A DNA stretch of 64,000 nt from an uncultured delta proteobacterium (GCA_963716725.1 CAVQUB010000001.1:192001-256000), one strand, 5' to 3'; shown: positions 19,100-28,844, counted from the stretch's first letter. Notes: generated by a model not told the origin, from the sequence alone. A program made the numbers and translations.

Positions 19100-20425
19100 A
19101 TGTTTAGAGTATCTTCATTGTCCACGCTCGGCGTGGCGATCTTGGTTGCGACGGTCGCGGGAATGACAGGTTGCGGCAGCGACGACGACGAGGACCCCAA
19201 GAAGAACACCGGGGGCACCGGCGCAAGTGGTGGCAGCGGCGGCAGCGGCGGCAGTACCGGTGGCACTGGCGGAACCGCCGGCAGCGGCGGCACCGCGGGT
19301 AGCGGCGGCGCATCGGGTGGGATGGCCGGTAGCGGCGGCGCAACGGGCGGCACCGGAGGCATGGCCGGTTCCGGTGGCACCGGTGGCACGGCCTGCACCG
19401 AACCCACCTCGACGACGGCGCTCGAGTCCGTGAAGGTCGCGACGGCTCCGACGCTCGATGGCGACGCGGCGGACTGGGGCTGCTTGCCGGTGTTCGAGAA
19501 GGACTTGTCCGCCAACTTGGTGTACACGCCAGCTGGCGCGCCGACCTCGCCCTCGTATCCCGGCCTGACGAAGACCAAGGTCTCGATGCGGTCGGTCTAC
19601 ACCGCGACGGACGTCTACTTCGTCGCCACCTGGGCGGACCCCACAAAATCGTTGGCTCGCGTCCCCTGGACCAAGCAGGCCGACAACAGCTGGAAGCAGC
19701 TGGCGAACAAGGACTCGTCGGGTCACGAAAACACGTACTACGAAGACAAGCTCAGCATCCAATGGGACATCAACAGCAGCGACTTCGCCACCGCTGGCTG
19801 CTTCGCGAGCTGCCATCTCGACGGCACGCCCAGCTCGTCCACATTCCCCGGCAAGAAGTACAACAACAAGGCCGGCGAAACCACGGACCTGTGGCACTGG
19901 AAGGGCGTCCGCACTGAACCCAACGGCCAACTCGACGACACACACGTCGTGTACAAGGCGAGCATGGCCAATGGGCGCGTCAGCGACACCAACACCAGCG
20001 GCGGCTACAAAGACAACACCTTCGGCGGCTTCGCAGCAGCGTGTGCGGGTGACCCGGCCGGAACGCTGGGGTTGCCCTGTTTCATGGGCCCAGCGGGCAA
20101 GGAGCTAGTGGCCAACGACACCTTCTGGATCTTCGACAACGAAAAGCAGACCTTCGCGGACACCTTCGCTGCCACCAACCAGGTCGCCGCCATGATCACC
20201 GCTCCCTTCGTGGGCGGGCGCGCCGATGTCGCCACCAAGGCCAAGTACGCCAACGGCATGTGGACGCTCGAAATGAAACGAGCGCTCACCACGGCCCACG
20301 CCACCGAAGACGTGCAGTTCAGCGATCTGAAGAAGAAGTACCTCTTCGGTGTCGCCGTCTTCGACAACACTCAGATCAACCATGCCGTCCACGGCGGGAC
20401 CCCTGAGTTCACCTTCCGACCCTAG
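19100..20425 (+). CDS. Lipoprotein with ethylbenzene-dehydrogenase-gamma-like (EB_dh) heme-binding domain
   Basis: GGAGAAGGA RBS, lipobox MTGC, Gly linker, YYEDKLSIQW, GCFASCH, DLWHWK, WTLEMKRAL, FGVAVFDN..H. Confidence 0.78.
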   Translation: MFRVSSLSTLGVAILVATVAGMTGCGSDDDEDPKKNTGGTGASGGSGGSGGSTGGTGGTAGSGGTAGSGGASGGMAGSGGATGGTGGMAGSGGTGGTACTEPTSTTALESVKVATAPTLDGDAADWGCLPVFEKDLSANLVYTPAGAPTSPSYPGLTKTKVSMRSVYTATDVYFVATWADPTKSLARVPWTKQADNSWKQLANKDSSGHENTYYEDKLSIQWDINSSDFATAGCFASCHLDGTPSSSTFPGKKYNNKAGETTDLWHWKGVRTEPNGQLDDTHVVYKASMANGRVSDTNTSGGYKDNTFGGFAAACAGDPAGTLGLPCFMGPAGKELVANDTFWIFDNEKQTFADTFAATNQVAAMITAPFVGGRADVATKAKYANGMWTLEMKRALTTAHATEDVQFSDLKKKYLFGVAVFDNTQINHAVHGGTPEFTFRP

Positions 20426-20446
20426 CCAGCCCAATCAGAAAATGGG

Positions 20447-20476
20447 GACGAGGCGAGACGTGTGTCTCGCCTCGTC
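20447..20476 (+). terminator. Hairpin, likely terminator between convergent genes
   Basis: Perfect 13-bp stem GACGAGGCGAGAC / GTCTCGCCTCGTC with a 4-nt loop. Confidence 0.7.
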
Positions 20477-20497
20477 TTCGTTGGTGCGCCCGGAATG

Positions 20498-20562
20498 GGC
20501 GCTGCCCGTGAGCAGGAGCACCGTCAGCGCTGGGCTCACGCGCTCACCGCCACCAGTTCGGC
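20498..20562 (+). repeat. 65-bp direct repeat, copy 2
   Basis: Identical to 18830-18894; contains the stop codon of the metallophosphoesterase. Confidence 0.93.
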
Positions 20563-21402
20563 TCGCGCGCGCTCGCCGTCGGTTTCGAGGCAAACGTGGT
20601 AGCGCTGACCGCTCTTCTCGATGCGGGGCACGCGAGCGGCGTTGACGTACAGGACGCCGTCGGTCTCGACGAGCCACTTGCGCTCGCCGCCGCCCTTCAG
20701 CCGATGGTGCATGTGCCCGGCGACGACCGCCAGCACGCGCTTGCCAACCTGCTTGGCGTGATCGATGGCGGTCCGAAGGTCCGCGTCGCCGAAGTCGCCC
20801 TCGACCTTGCGAAAGTCGCACCCCCAGATGTCGTGTCTTCGCGCTCCCAGTCCGTTCGGGCCGTTGTGCCCCAGGAACACCACGCGATCGTGAGGCGCGT
20901 CGTCCACGAGCTGGCACAAACGCTCCGCCGACTCCGCCAGAGAGCGCACGCCGTATTTGGCCTCGAGATGCCGGGAGAACGCGAAGAACCCGCCGCCCTG
21001 GGAGTGAGGTCGCGCTGCGATCAGGCTCAGCCGCAGCTCGGCGCGCCGCACTTCGTGCAGGCTGTACCCCGCGAGCGGAACCGGGCCGAGCATGGCCGCG
21101 AGATCACGGCAACGGCGGTCCTGTCCGCGCCCCATCCATCGTGCGAGCGACCGACGCTCCAGGGTCTCGGCGGCGAGGTGCGGCAGGCTCACGCCGTCGT
21201 GGTTGCCCGGGATGACGAGCGCCGGAGTGATCAGGCGCGCGATGCTCGAAGCCACGGCGAGCGCGTCCCGGCGATAGCCCGCGAGATCGCCGACGAAGGC
21301 CACCAGGTCGTAGCGCGCGCGATCGATGAGCTCGACGTCCTGGTCGTCCCAATGCAGGTGCACGTCGCCGACGACGCCGATGCGTATCGCCGTGCGATCC
21401 AT
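20536..21402 (-). CDS. Metallophosphoesterase (calcineurin-like)
   Basis: GDVH, FVGDL, GNHD, GHNGP, GHMH motifs. Confidence 0.88.
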   Translation of the reverse strand: MDRTAIRIGVVGDVHLHWDDQDVELIDRARYDLVAFVGDLAGYRRDALAVASSIARLITPALVIPGNHDGVSLPHLAAETLERRSLARWMGRGQDRRCRDLAAMLGPVPLAGYSLHEVRRAELRLSLIAARPHSQGGGFFAFSRHLEAKYGVRSLAESAERLCQLVDDAPHDRVVFLGHNGPNGLGARRHDIWGCDFRKVEGDFGDADLRTAIDHAKQVGKRVLAVVAGHMHHRLKGGGERKWLVETDGVLYVNAARVPRIEKSGQRYHVCLETDGERARAELVAVSA

Positions 21403-21899
21403 CAGTCCACGGGCGGGGTTCCGGAGACGGGGTGCTTCAGCTTTCCGTTGCACAGCCACTCGCAGCCGCAGACGATGAACTTGTGACCGCTCTCGGTGCA
21501 GGCGTCCTGGAACGCCGCGCTGGTGTCGGGGGGTGAGCAGTCTTTCTGCTCGGGCGGGCAGGGCTTCTCGCGGCTGTCGGCGTCGTAGCCTGACTTGGAG
21601 CCCTTGCGCCTGCCAGTGCATACGTTCGAACAGCCGCACTGCATGATGCGGAAGCCGGCGAGTCGACACTCGTCCTTGAACGCGAGCGGGACGTCGCCCG
21701 GCGTGCAGGACCGATCCGGTGGCGCGCAAATCAGCTCTTTGCCGCCGGCGTCGTAGACCTTCTGACCGGCCATGCGGTCCTTTGGCAGCTCCACGGGCGC
21801 AGGGTCAGCGGTCGGAGGGTTTGCTGGCGGCGAGCCGCCCGCGCAGCCGGCGAGTCCCAGTATCAGCCCGAGGTAGATCGGTGAGTTGGCCAGCGCCAT
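21402..21899 (-). CDS. Cys-rich lipoprotein with an internal two-fold repeat
   Basis: Lipobox LAGC; twice YDA...C.PP...C.P......F.D.C...G....CGC...C.G. Confidence 0.78.
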   Translation of the reverse strand: MALANSPIYLGLILGLAGCAGGSPPANPPTADPAPVELPKDRMAGQKVYDAGGKELICAPPDRSCTPGDVPLAFKDECRLAGFRIMQCGCSNVCTGRRKGSKSGYDADSREKPCPPEQKDCSPPDTSAAFQDACTESGHKFIVCGCEWLCNGKLKHPVSGTPPVD

Positions 21900-21995
21900 G
21901 ACGGAGGTTTCTATCGTGGAGATTGTGCGCCGTCACCCCCCTCTCGGCGCTGCGCGTGAGGGAGCCGCGCTTTTGCGTCAGCGCCGCACAGAGGA

Positions 21996-22529
21996 CTAGA
22001 AGCGGTACTTCAGGTGGCAGCTCGTGCAACCCTCGAGCACCACGCCGAGCTGCTTGGTCGCTGCGGGCAGATCGTTGGCCTTGGAGGCCTTCAGGAGCTT
22101 CACGAGCTCGTCGTGGAAGGCCTCGTCCTGCTTCTTGAACTCGGCAACGCTGGCGCCGGCCTTCGGCGGCTTGTACTCGCCCTTCTCCAACGCCTTCTCG
22201 GTGACCATGCGCGCGCCGTGCACCTTGGAGATCCCTGGCGGAATGCTGGCGAGATCGTTCTGGGCGATGGCGGTCACCCAATCGCGGGTGGCCTCGTGGA
22301 GCGCGCGCATCTCCGCTTGAACCGGGTTGAGCTGCGGGGTGGGGGCCGGCGTGCTGGTGGGTGGCGCCGGCTGTGCATGATCGGCGTGCGCGTGCGGATC
22401 GGGTTTGGCCGCGGGAGCCGTCGCGCTGGGCGCCTCGGCAGTTGGGTGCAGATCTGCTGCCTTCTTGTCGCAGCCGGCAGCGAGGGCGATCAGCGAAACG
22501 ATTCCGATGGTGAGCGTCGATGGTCTCAT
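21996..22529 (-). CDS. Lipoprotein c-type cytochrome (cytochrome c'-like)
   Basis: Lipobox AAGC, helical body, C-terminal CTSCH..YR. Confidence 0.82.
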   Translation of the reverse strand: MRPSTLTIGIVSLIALAAGCDKKAADLHPTAEAPSATAPAAKPDPHAHADHAQPAPPTSTPAPTPQLNPVQAEMRALHEATRDWVTAIAQNDLASIPPGISKVHGARMVTEKALEKGEYKPPKAGASVAEFKKQDEAFHDELVKLLKASKANDLPAATKQLGVVLEGCTSCHLKYRF

Positions 22530-22942
22530 GCGCGAGCCTTTCTACAGCCGATATGTTTGCATCCGAGCCACGCGATGGCGGTCCACAGCCCGGTCCGGAA
22601 GGTCATTGCGAGCACCGTGCGGAGTTCGTGGGCGGTTCCGAGCACGACGTGAACGCCAAAGGCCAGATAAACCAGCGCGGTGAAAGCTGCAATGGCCACC
22701 GATAGCCGCGCGGCGCCTGGGCTGCCACGCCACAGGCCGATGCCGGCCACGACATAGGCGAACCCGGCGACGAAGTTGAACCACAGCACGAAGGGCACGA
22801 TTTCGCCGGCGGCGATGCGAGCGCTCTCCGGCCCGAACAATACGCGGCCACCCGAGAAGACGGTAGCGATGCCGAAGAGCACGGCCACGACCGCCGCTAA
22901 GCGCAACGCGAGGGGTTTAGGGGTTGCTCGGATCGTTTCCAT
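22526..22942 (-). CDS. Small four-TM membrane protein
   Basis: Hydrophobic segments; VPFVLWFNF.AGFAY and MTFRT motifs; overlaps both neighbours. Confidence 0.78.
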   Translation of the reverse strand: METIRATPKPLALRLAAVVAVLFGIATVFSGGRVLFGPESARIAAGEIVPFVLWFNFVAGFAYVVAGIGLWRGSPGAARLSVAIAAFTALVYLAFGVHVVLGTAHELRTVLAMTFRTGLWTAIAWLGCKHIGCRKARA

Positions 22943-23540
22943 GGTCCTTGGTGGTCAACAGTCGTCGTAGCGACCGCCACGCGCTGGTCGGATCGAGCCG
23001 TCCGGAGCGTCGTCGCGAGTTCGGCGCGGGGCTCGACCCGGCGGCGCCGTGCAGCACCCCGGTGAACGTCCACACGAGCACCTCGATGGGCACGTCGTCG
23101 CGAACGACCTGTTGCTGACGCGCGCGCGTCAGGTGCTCGCGGATGAACTCGATGGAGCGTTTCACCACGGCGCGCACTCGAGCGGCGCCCTCTCTGCCCG
23201 CGACTTCGGTCAAGCGGTCGCTCAGGGCCAAGCGCAGAAACTCCGGCCGCTGTCGCGCCAGGACCAGTCGGCGATGAAAGAACTCGGACAGAGTCTCGAG
23301 GGGATCCGAGCCGGGTTCGGGGAACGTCCCGGCCATCTGCAACTCGAAGGCATCGATGGCCGCGTCCACGATCGCTTCTTTGCTGGCGAAGTGCCGGAAC
23401 AGCGAGCCGTCTCGCACGCCCACGCGGGCCGCGATGGCGCGGGAGGTCAGGCCGCCGACCCCCTGAGTGGCGAGGATTTCCAGGGCCGATGCCGCGATTT
23501 GCAGGCGCCGCTCGGCCGCGGGGAGGCGTTTAGCTAGCAA
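22917..23540 (-). CDS. TetR family regulator
   Basis: ERRLQIA..ALE, IAARVGV..GSLFRHFASKEAI. Confidence 0.88.
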   Translation of the reverse strand: MLAKRLPAAERRLQIAASALEILATQGVGGLTSRAIAARVGVRDGSLFRHFASKEAIVDAAIDAFELQMAGTFPEPGSDPLETLSEFFHRRLVLARQRPEFLRLALSDRLTEVAGREGAARVRAVVKRSIEFIREHLTRARQQQVVRDDVPIEVLVWTFTGVLHGAAGSSPAPNSRRRSGRLDPTSAWRSLRRLLTTKDHGNDPSNP

Positions 23541-23553
23541 GTGCTCGCTAGCT
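23532..23553. promoter_or_regulatory. Palindromic operator over the TetR start
   Basis: AGCTAGC-AAGTGCTC-GCTAGCT. Confidence 0.6.
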
Positions 23554-23644
23554 TATGGCTTCGGGTTGCGGCGTCAACCGGCAGCGAGTGGTAGATTCTC
23601 GGGGTGATGGGCCCGCGGGTGCTTTGGGGCGGGGGACGCGCGCG

Positions 23645-24418
23645 ATGATGCGGGCGCTGGCTGCATTGGCGGCGCTGGTGCTGGTCGCCTGTGGCACCAC
23701 CGCCTCCGACGAGGACGACAGCATCCCGACGGGCGGTGGTGGGAGTGGCGGCAGCTCCGGCGACGGCGGCATCATCCCGTCGGCGGGCTTTCCCGGATAC
23801 GACGGGGGTGGCGGATCACCGAGCGGCGGCGGCGGGTGGCCGAGCGGTGGCGGATCACCGAGCGGTGGCGGCTCGCCGAGCGGCGGCGGCTCGCCGAGCG
23901 GTGGCGGATCACCGAGCGGCGGCGGGTCATCGAGCGGCGGCGGCGGATCACCGAGCGGTGGCGGCGGGCCATCGAGCGGCGGCGGCGGATCACCGAGCGG
24001 TGGCGGCGGATCACCGAGCGGTGGCGGCGGATCACCGAGCGGTGGCGGCGGATCACCGAGCGGTGGCGGCGGGTCGAGTCAGTGTGGTGTGCTCCTGCCC
24101 GGCCAGTCCTTGTCCGCCGGTCAGAGCAAGAAGTCCTGCGACAAGCGCTTCGAGCTCGCGATGCAGACCGACAACAACCTCGTGCTCTACGGTCCTCCGG
24201 GCGCGCTCTGGTCGACCAACAGCGTCGGCACCGGTGCGAACGCCGCCGTCATGCAGAGTGACGGAAACTTCGTCCTATACGCGCCCGGCGGCGCTCCGAA
24301 GTGGGACTCGAAGACCGGCGGCAAAGCCGGGGCGTACCTGGCGATTCAGGATGACGGCAACATGGTCGTCTACCTGGGCGGGGCGGCGCTCTGGAATTCG
24401 AAGACCTGCTGCTATTGA
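23645..24418 (+). CDS. Lipoprotein with GGGSPS linker and bulb-type (mannose-binding) lectin domain
   Basis: Lipobox LVAC; three QxDxNxVxY motifs (QTDNNLVLY, QSDGNFVLY, QDDGNMVVY). Confidence 0.88.
   Translation: MMRALAALAALVLVACGTTASDEDDSIPTGGGGSGGSSGDGGIIPSAGFPGYDGGGGSPSGGGGWPSGGGSPSGGGSPSGGGSPSGGGSPSGGGSSSGGGGSPSGGGGPSSGGGGSPSGGGGSPSGGGGSPSGGGGSPSGGGGSSQCGVLLPGQSLSAGQSKKSCDKRFELAMQTDNNLVLYGPPGALWSTNSVGTGANAAVMQSDGNFVLYAPGGAPKWDSKTGGKAGAYLAIQDDGNMVVYLGGAALWNSKTCCY
23808..24072 (+). repeat. Coding tandem repeat (18/21-nt units, GGATCACCGAGCGGTGGC) encoding (G)GGGSPS
   Basis: Visible tandem units with no unique spacers; boundaries approximate. Confidence 0.85.
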
Positions 24419-24533
24419 GGGCGCAGTTGCGCCCACCTGTCGTCGCCTCTGGGGAATTGATATAGGGGGCGCCGTCGGCGGTGCCTCGCACCGACCGATC
24501 CGAACGCGTGCGTTCGGTGCACGGGAGGCATGC

Positions 24534-27500
24534 ATGTCGAAGAACTTCCTGCGGCGGTCCATCGCCGCGCTCTCCATCATCGGTTGCTCTCTGCTCGCGG
24601 GTTGCGCCGAAGAGCGCGACCCCATCAACCAGGTCCAGGCCAATGCCTTGGCAAAGAGCTTCTTCGTCGGTGAGCTGGCGAAGCCCGAGGACGATCCCGA
24701 GTTCTACATGCGCGTCACCGTGGTGGACGTGGACTCCGGCGCGGGCTCGGACGGCCTGTTCACCAACAGCGACGCCCAGCCCACCATGCGTGTGCGCTGG
24801 GAAATCACCGAGAACCTGCTGCTCGCGCGCCTGACCTACGAACGCATCGACAACACCGACGGCAAGGGCGTACGCCGCACTCCCGACGGTCAAGCCGTCG
24901 CGGCCTACACCATCGAGAGTCACTTCGACATCAAGCGCTCGTACAACGAGAGCACCGGCGAAGAGCTGAACGTGATCGTCGAGAACGACACGGATCGGCC
25001 GTGGTTCCGTCGAGAGCACTTTCGCGTCGATTGGTCGAAGAACCTGATCACCACGGCCTACGAGCTCGACACGCTCTCGCAGCTCGGCATCTACTACGGC
25101 GTCGAGGTCGAACCGGTCGCGTACTACGTGAACGACCCGGCCCACGCCGACACGCCGGTTTTCGACCGGAAGCGCGGCTACTTCGATGTGACCCACAAGG
25201 TCTGGGCGAAACCCCAGGTCATCAAGGACGAGATCTGGGGGGACTTTCCCGCGTGCTGGCTGTACGGCAGCTTCCCGAGCACGAACTGCAACCCCAGCGA
25301 GGTCACGCTGCGGCAGTCGTATCTGAAGATCGAGGACACCGACTACGAGCCGCTCGAGTACGACGGCACGAAGATGGACATGTTTGGCCTCTTCACCGTC
25401 GATCGCTTCGGCTACGACCGGAGCTACGGCGTGGTCGATGATCGCTGGCACCGCTTCGGCGCCCGCTGGAACCTCTGGCAGCGCTCCCACGCCGAACCCG
25501 TGGTGGCCTGCAACACGCCCGAGTCGACCCCGATCGGAGCTGACCCGCATCGCGACGACGACCAGAGCGGAACCGAGGACGAGTGCGAGAGCGTGGGACG
25601 CGGCAGCCGCTGCGACAAAGTCGTCGGCGAGTGCACGATCCCGCTCCGGGACCGCCAGAGCCGCACCATTGCCTGGCACGTGAATCCGGGTTTCCCCGGC
25701 GATCTCTTCGCGTCGACGAACGAGCAACTCTCGGCATGGAACGACGCCGTGCGCGTCGCCGTGCTCGCGGGTCGACTCGCCGAGTGCCGCCGCACCGGTG
25801 AACAGGGCTGCGAGGCCACGCACGGTTGGCCGGCGCGTTGGTCAGACGATTTCGTGCCGCCCGTGGGCAAGGCCATGGGCGCCGAGGTGCCGAACATCTT
25901 CGTGCTCTGTCACAACCCCGTGTCGAGCGCGGAGGGTGACGATCCGGCCTGTGGCAAAGACGGGACTGCGCCCCGGATTGGCGACCTGCGCTACAACATT
26001 CTGGCGGTGATTCAGGACCCGCAGATCATGGCTCCGTGGGGCATCATGATGGACGCAGAGGATCCGCTGACCGGCGAGAAGATCGCGGGCTCGGTGGCCG
26101 AGTGGGGCTCGGTGCTCGATCGCGCCGCAGCGACGCTGGCGGATCTGGTCGGCCTCATCAATGGTCAGATCGAGCCCGACCAGTACATCAAGGGGCAGAA
26201 CGTGAGCGACTGGGTCGCCGCCAATCAGCCCAAGGGCTCCGCGCAGAAGCTCCCGGGTCTCTCGAAGGAAGAGCTCTCGTCCCGCCGCGGGGCCTTCGAT
26301 CCGAAGGTGCTCACCAAGTACCTGGAGGGCGCTCCGACCGGCAAGCCGCACCGCCATCCGCTGGCCAAACGCGCGGCGCGCGCGAAGTTCCTGCTCGACT
26401 CGGGCAAGCTGGGTCCGGGCAACGCCGCGCTCTCGGCGCGCATGTCCGCCCTTCGGGGCAGCGCTGTCGAGGCGAGCCTGGTCACGCCGGAGATGGTTCA
26501 GGCCTCCGGGGCCGATCCCAGCGTGGCCCCCAGCGCCGAGGCGATCCGTCGATCGTCGCCCTTCGACCGACGCATGAACCCGACCCTGCGGGCCTCCGAT
26601 CGGCGCGCGCGAATGCTCGGGAACGCCAAGCGCCACGCCTGTCGCTACGACGCCATTGAGCCCGACAACCTGCTCGGCATCGCGCGGCGGGTGGCCAACA
26701 GCTTCCCGGCGCCCGATCCGAAGGACAAGGCGGCCGTGAACGCCTACAAGAAGCAGGTTGTCGACTGGGCACGCGCCGAGCTCAACCGCGGCGTCATGGC
26801 CCACGAGATCGGCCACTCGATGGGGCTCCGACACAACTTCGGAGCCTCCTTCGACTCGCTCAACTACGAGCCGGAGTACTGGCAGCTGCGCACCGGCGAC
26901 GGCAAGATCACCGCCGCCTGCGCCGATGGCACCACCGATGGCTCCGGCTGCGTCGGTCCCCGCTGGCGTGACCCGATCGGCAACGCCGAGATCGACGGCG
27001 AGATCCAGCGCTACTCGACCTCGAGCGTGATGGACTACCCGGGTGAGCACAGTCAAGACATGGTCTTGCCTGGCAAGTACGATCGCGCGGGCGTGCGTTT
27101 CACCTACGGTGGGGTGGTCGACGTATGGGCGAAGCAGGGCGTGAGCGTGAGCGGTGCTGGCGCGGCCAAGGCCCAGGCTTACAAGCTGACCGCGTTCACC
27201 AACAGCCCGGGTCTGTTCGGCGTCCACTACTTCCCGCCGGTCGACATCAACGATCCCTACGAATTCATCCACTACAGCCAGTACCAGAAGGAGTTCGGGC
27301 TGATCAGCGGCTGCGCCGTGGACTCGGCCGCGGCCCTCGGCACGCGCTGTGAGCAGGCGGAGATGGACGTGGTGGACTACCGGGACATGGAGGACTTCGC
27401 GTCCGACCCGGACTACGCGTCCTTCTCGTGGGCAGTGCAGGCTCGGGCCGTCGATCCCGGCGGACGCGTTCGCCGGGGGTATTTGTTCTCCAGTGACGAG

Positions 27501-28844
27501 TACGCGGACACCGGCAACGTGCCGTCGTTCAGCATGGACTCCGGCGCCGACGCCTACGAACAGGTGCGCTTCCTCGAGCAGGGCTTCGAGAACCGCTACG
27601 TCTTGGACTCGTTCCGGCGCAATCGGGTGGAGTTCAACTCCTTCGACGTGACCTCGCGCATCCAGTACCGGTACCTGGACAAGATCCAGCAGATCAGCAA
27701 GGCCTTCGCCTTCGGCGCCGTGCTCGAGGGTGACCCCACAGCGCCGCCGACCGCGCTGCTCGCTGACGGCAACTTTGGTCCACTGGCCCTCGCAGCCAGC
27801 CACGGCCTCGATCTCTTCGCCCGCATCCTGACCCGCCCGGAGCCTGGCTACTATTGTCCGGCCTCCATCTGCGGCGGGGGGCAGCCAGTCGGCGTGCAGA
27901 CCGAGCTGTTCGCAGCGGACTCGGCGCCTCTGCCGGACGTGTTTGCGTACGACTTCCGCGTCGCGCTCGGCGACGGGCGCTATCTGCACAACGAGTTCGA
28001 CTACTCGCAGGGTTACTTCTGGGGCGACTACCAGACCCAGGTCGGCGCGTATTACGAGAAGATCTGGGCGACCTACTACCTGGCCGAGGCCTTCGACTCC
28101 TTCGTGTCCAACTCGAAGGAGGACTTCTACGACTCGCGCTACAAGAACGTGAGTTTCGCCACCGTCTACCCGGAGCAAGTCCGGCGCCTGTACTCGTCGC
28201 TCTTGACCGGTGATCTCGACACCTTTGCGCCTTGGGTCGCGGTCAAGACCAACCCGAACGACACGCCGCTCGGAACCCTGACCTACCCCAAGTGGCATGA
28301 CGCGACGGATCTCGGCACGCGCCCCGCGAGCGCATGCCTCGCCGATCCGAACTACGGCTTCAACCCCCAGCTCTACGCCATGGTTTGGGGCAGCATCTAC
28401 TTTCCCACCAACTGGTCGAGCTCGTGGGTCCACGACGCGCGCATCGCGGTCTTGCCCAACGAACTTCCCGACTGGCCGGCGGACGAGGTCATCAAGTTCA
28501 GCTACCCGCCGAGCGGGCTCACTTACCGGGCGCACCGCACGGGCACCGAGACCTTGTTCGGTCAGGTGCGGGACAAGAGCGTGGGCGCCCGCATGCTCGG
28601 GTGGGCCAACCACCTGCTGGCGCTCGTCTACAAGGTTCAGCTCGACACCAACGGCAAGCCTGTCTTCAACGCCGACGGGACGCCGGCCTTGGAGCTCGAC
28701 GTCAACGGCAAGCCCCAGAAGAGCGGCGCCAACCCCGGAGCCGAGGCGGCGCTACAGAAATACGTCGATCAGATCGACCTGTTTCGGCAGCTCACCGCGA
28801 AGTTCGTGATGCCGCTCGACGGCGACAGCTTGCCAGCGCCCTGA
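24534..28844 (+). CDS. Very large zinc-dependent metalloprotease-like lipoprotein
   Basis: GGGAGG RBS, lipobox LAGC, HEIGHSMGLRHNF (HExxHxxGxxH) and SSVMDY Met-turn. Confidence 0.88.
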   Translation: MSKNFLRRSIAALSIIGCSLLAGCAEERDPINQVQANALAKSFFVGELAKPEDDPEFYMRVTVVDVDSGAGSDGLFTNSDAQPTMRVRWEITENLLLARLTYERIDNTDGKGVRRTPDGQAVAAYTIESHFDIKRSYNESTGEELNVIVENDTDRPWFRREHFRVDWSKNLITTAYELDTLSQLGIYYGVEVEPVAYYVNDPAHADTPVFDRKRGYFDVTHKVWAKPQVIKDEIWGDFPACWLYGSFPSTNCNPSEVTLRQSYLKIEDTDYEPLEYDGTKMDMFGLFTVDRFGYDRSYGVVDDRWHRFGARWNLWQRSHAEPVVACNTPESTPIGADPHRDDDQSGTEDECESVGRGSRCDKVVGECTIPLRDRQSRTIAWHVNPGFPGDLFASTNEQLSAWNDAVRVAVLAGRLAECRRTGEQGCEATHGWPARWSDDFVPPVGKAMGAEVPNIFVLCHNPVSSAEGDDPACGKDGTAPRIGDLRYNILAVIQDPQIMAPWGIMMDAEDPLTGEKIAGSVAEWGSVLDRAAATLADLVGLINGQIEPDQYIKGQNVSDWVAANQPKGSAQKLPGLSKEELSSRRGAFDPKVLTKYLEGAPTGKPHRHPLAKRAARAKFLLDSGKLGPGNAALSARMSALRGSAVEASLVTPEMVQASGADPSVAPSAEAIRRSSPFDRRMNPTLRASDRRARMLGNAKRHACRYDAIEPDNLLGIARRVANSFPAPDPKDKAAVNAYKKQVVDWARAELNRGVMAHEIGHSMGLRHNFGASFDSLNYEPEYWQLRTGDGKITAACADGTTDGSGCVGPRWRDPIGNAEIDGEIQRYSTSSVMDYPGEHSQDMVLPGKYDRAGVRFTYGGVVDVWAKQGVSVSGAGAAKAQAYKLTAFTNSPGLFGVHYFPPVDINDPYEFIHYSQYQKEFGLISGCAVDSAAALGTRCEQAEMDVVDYRDMEDFASDPDYASFSWAVQARAVDPGGRVRRGYLFSSDEYADTGNVPSFSMDSGADAYEQVRFLEQGFENRYVLDSFRRNRVEFNSFDVTSRIQYRYLDKIQQISKAFAFGAVLEGDPTAPPTALLADGNFGPLALAASHGLDLFARILTRPEPGYYCPASICGGGQPVGVQTELFAADSAPLPDVFAYDFRVALGDGRYLHNEFDYSQGYFWGDYQTQVGAYYEKIWATYYLAEAFDSFVSNSKEDFYDSRYKNVSFATVYPEQVRRLYSSLLTGDLDTFAPWVAVKTNPNDTPLGTLTYPKWHDATDLGTRPASACLADPNYGFNPQLYAMVWGSIYFPTNWSSSWVHDARIAVLPNELPDWPADEVIKFSYPPSGLTYRAHRTGTETLFGQVRDKSVGARMLGWANHLLALVYKVQLDTNGKPVFNADGTPALELDVNGKPQKSGANPGAEAALQKYVDQIDLFRQLTAKFVMPLDGDSLPAP

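Noticed and set aside
23808..24072. CRISPR-like or non-coding repeat array
   Set aside because: The units are contiguous, multiples of 3 nt and encode a GGGSPS linker.
23691..24533. N-terminal AVAADHR-repeat extension of the 1717-aa ORF
   Set aside because: Off-frame reading of the lectin linker; the RBS and lipobox point to ATG 24534.
25842..28613. 923-aa minus-strand ORF and similar long antisense ORFs
   Set aside because: Mirror ORFs typical of high-GC coding regions, with no motifs.
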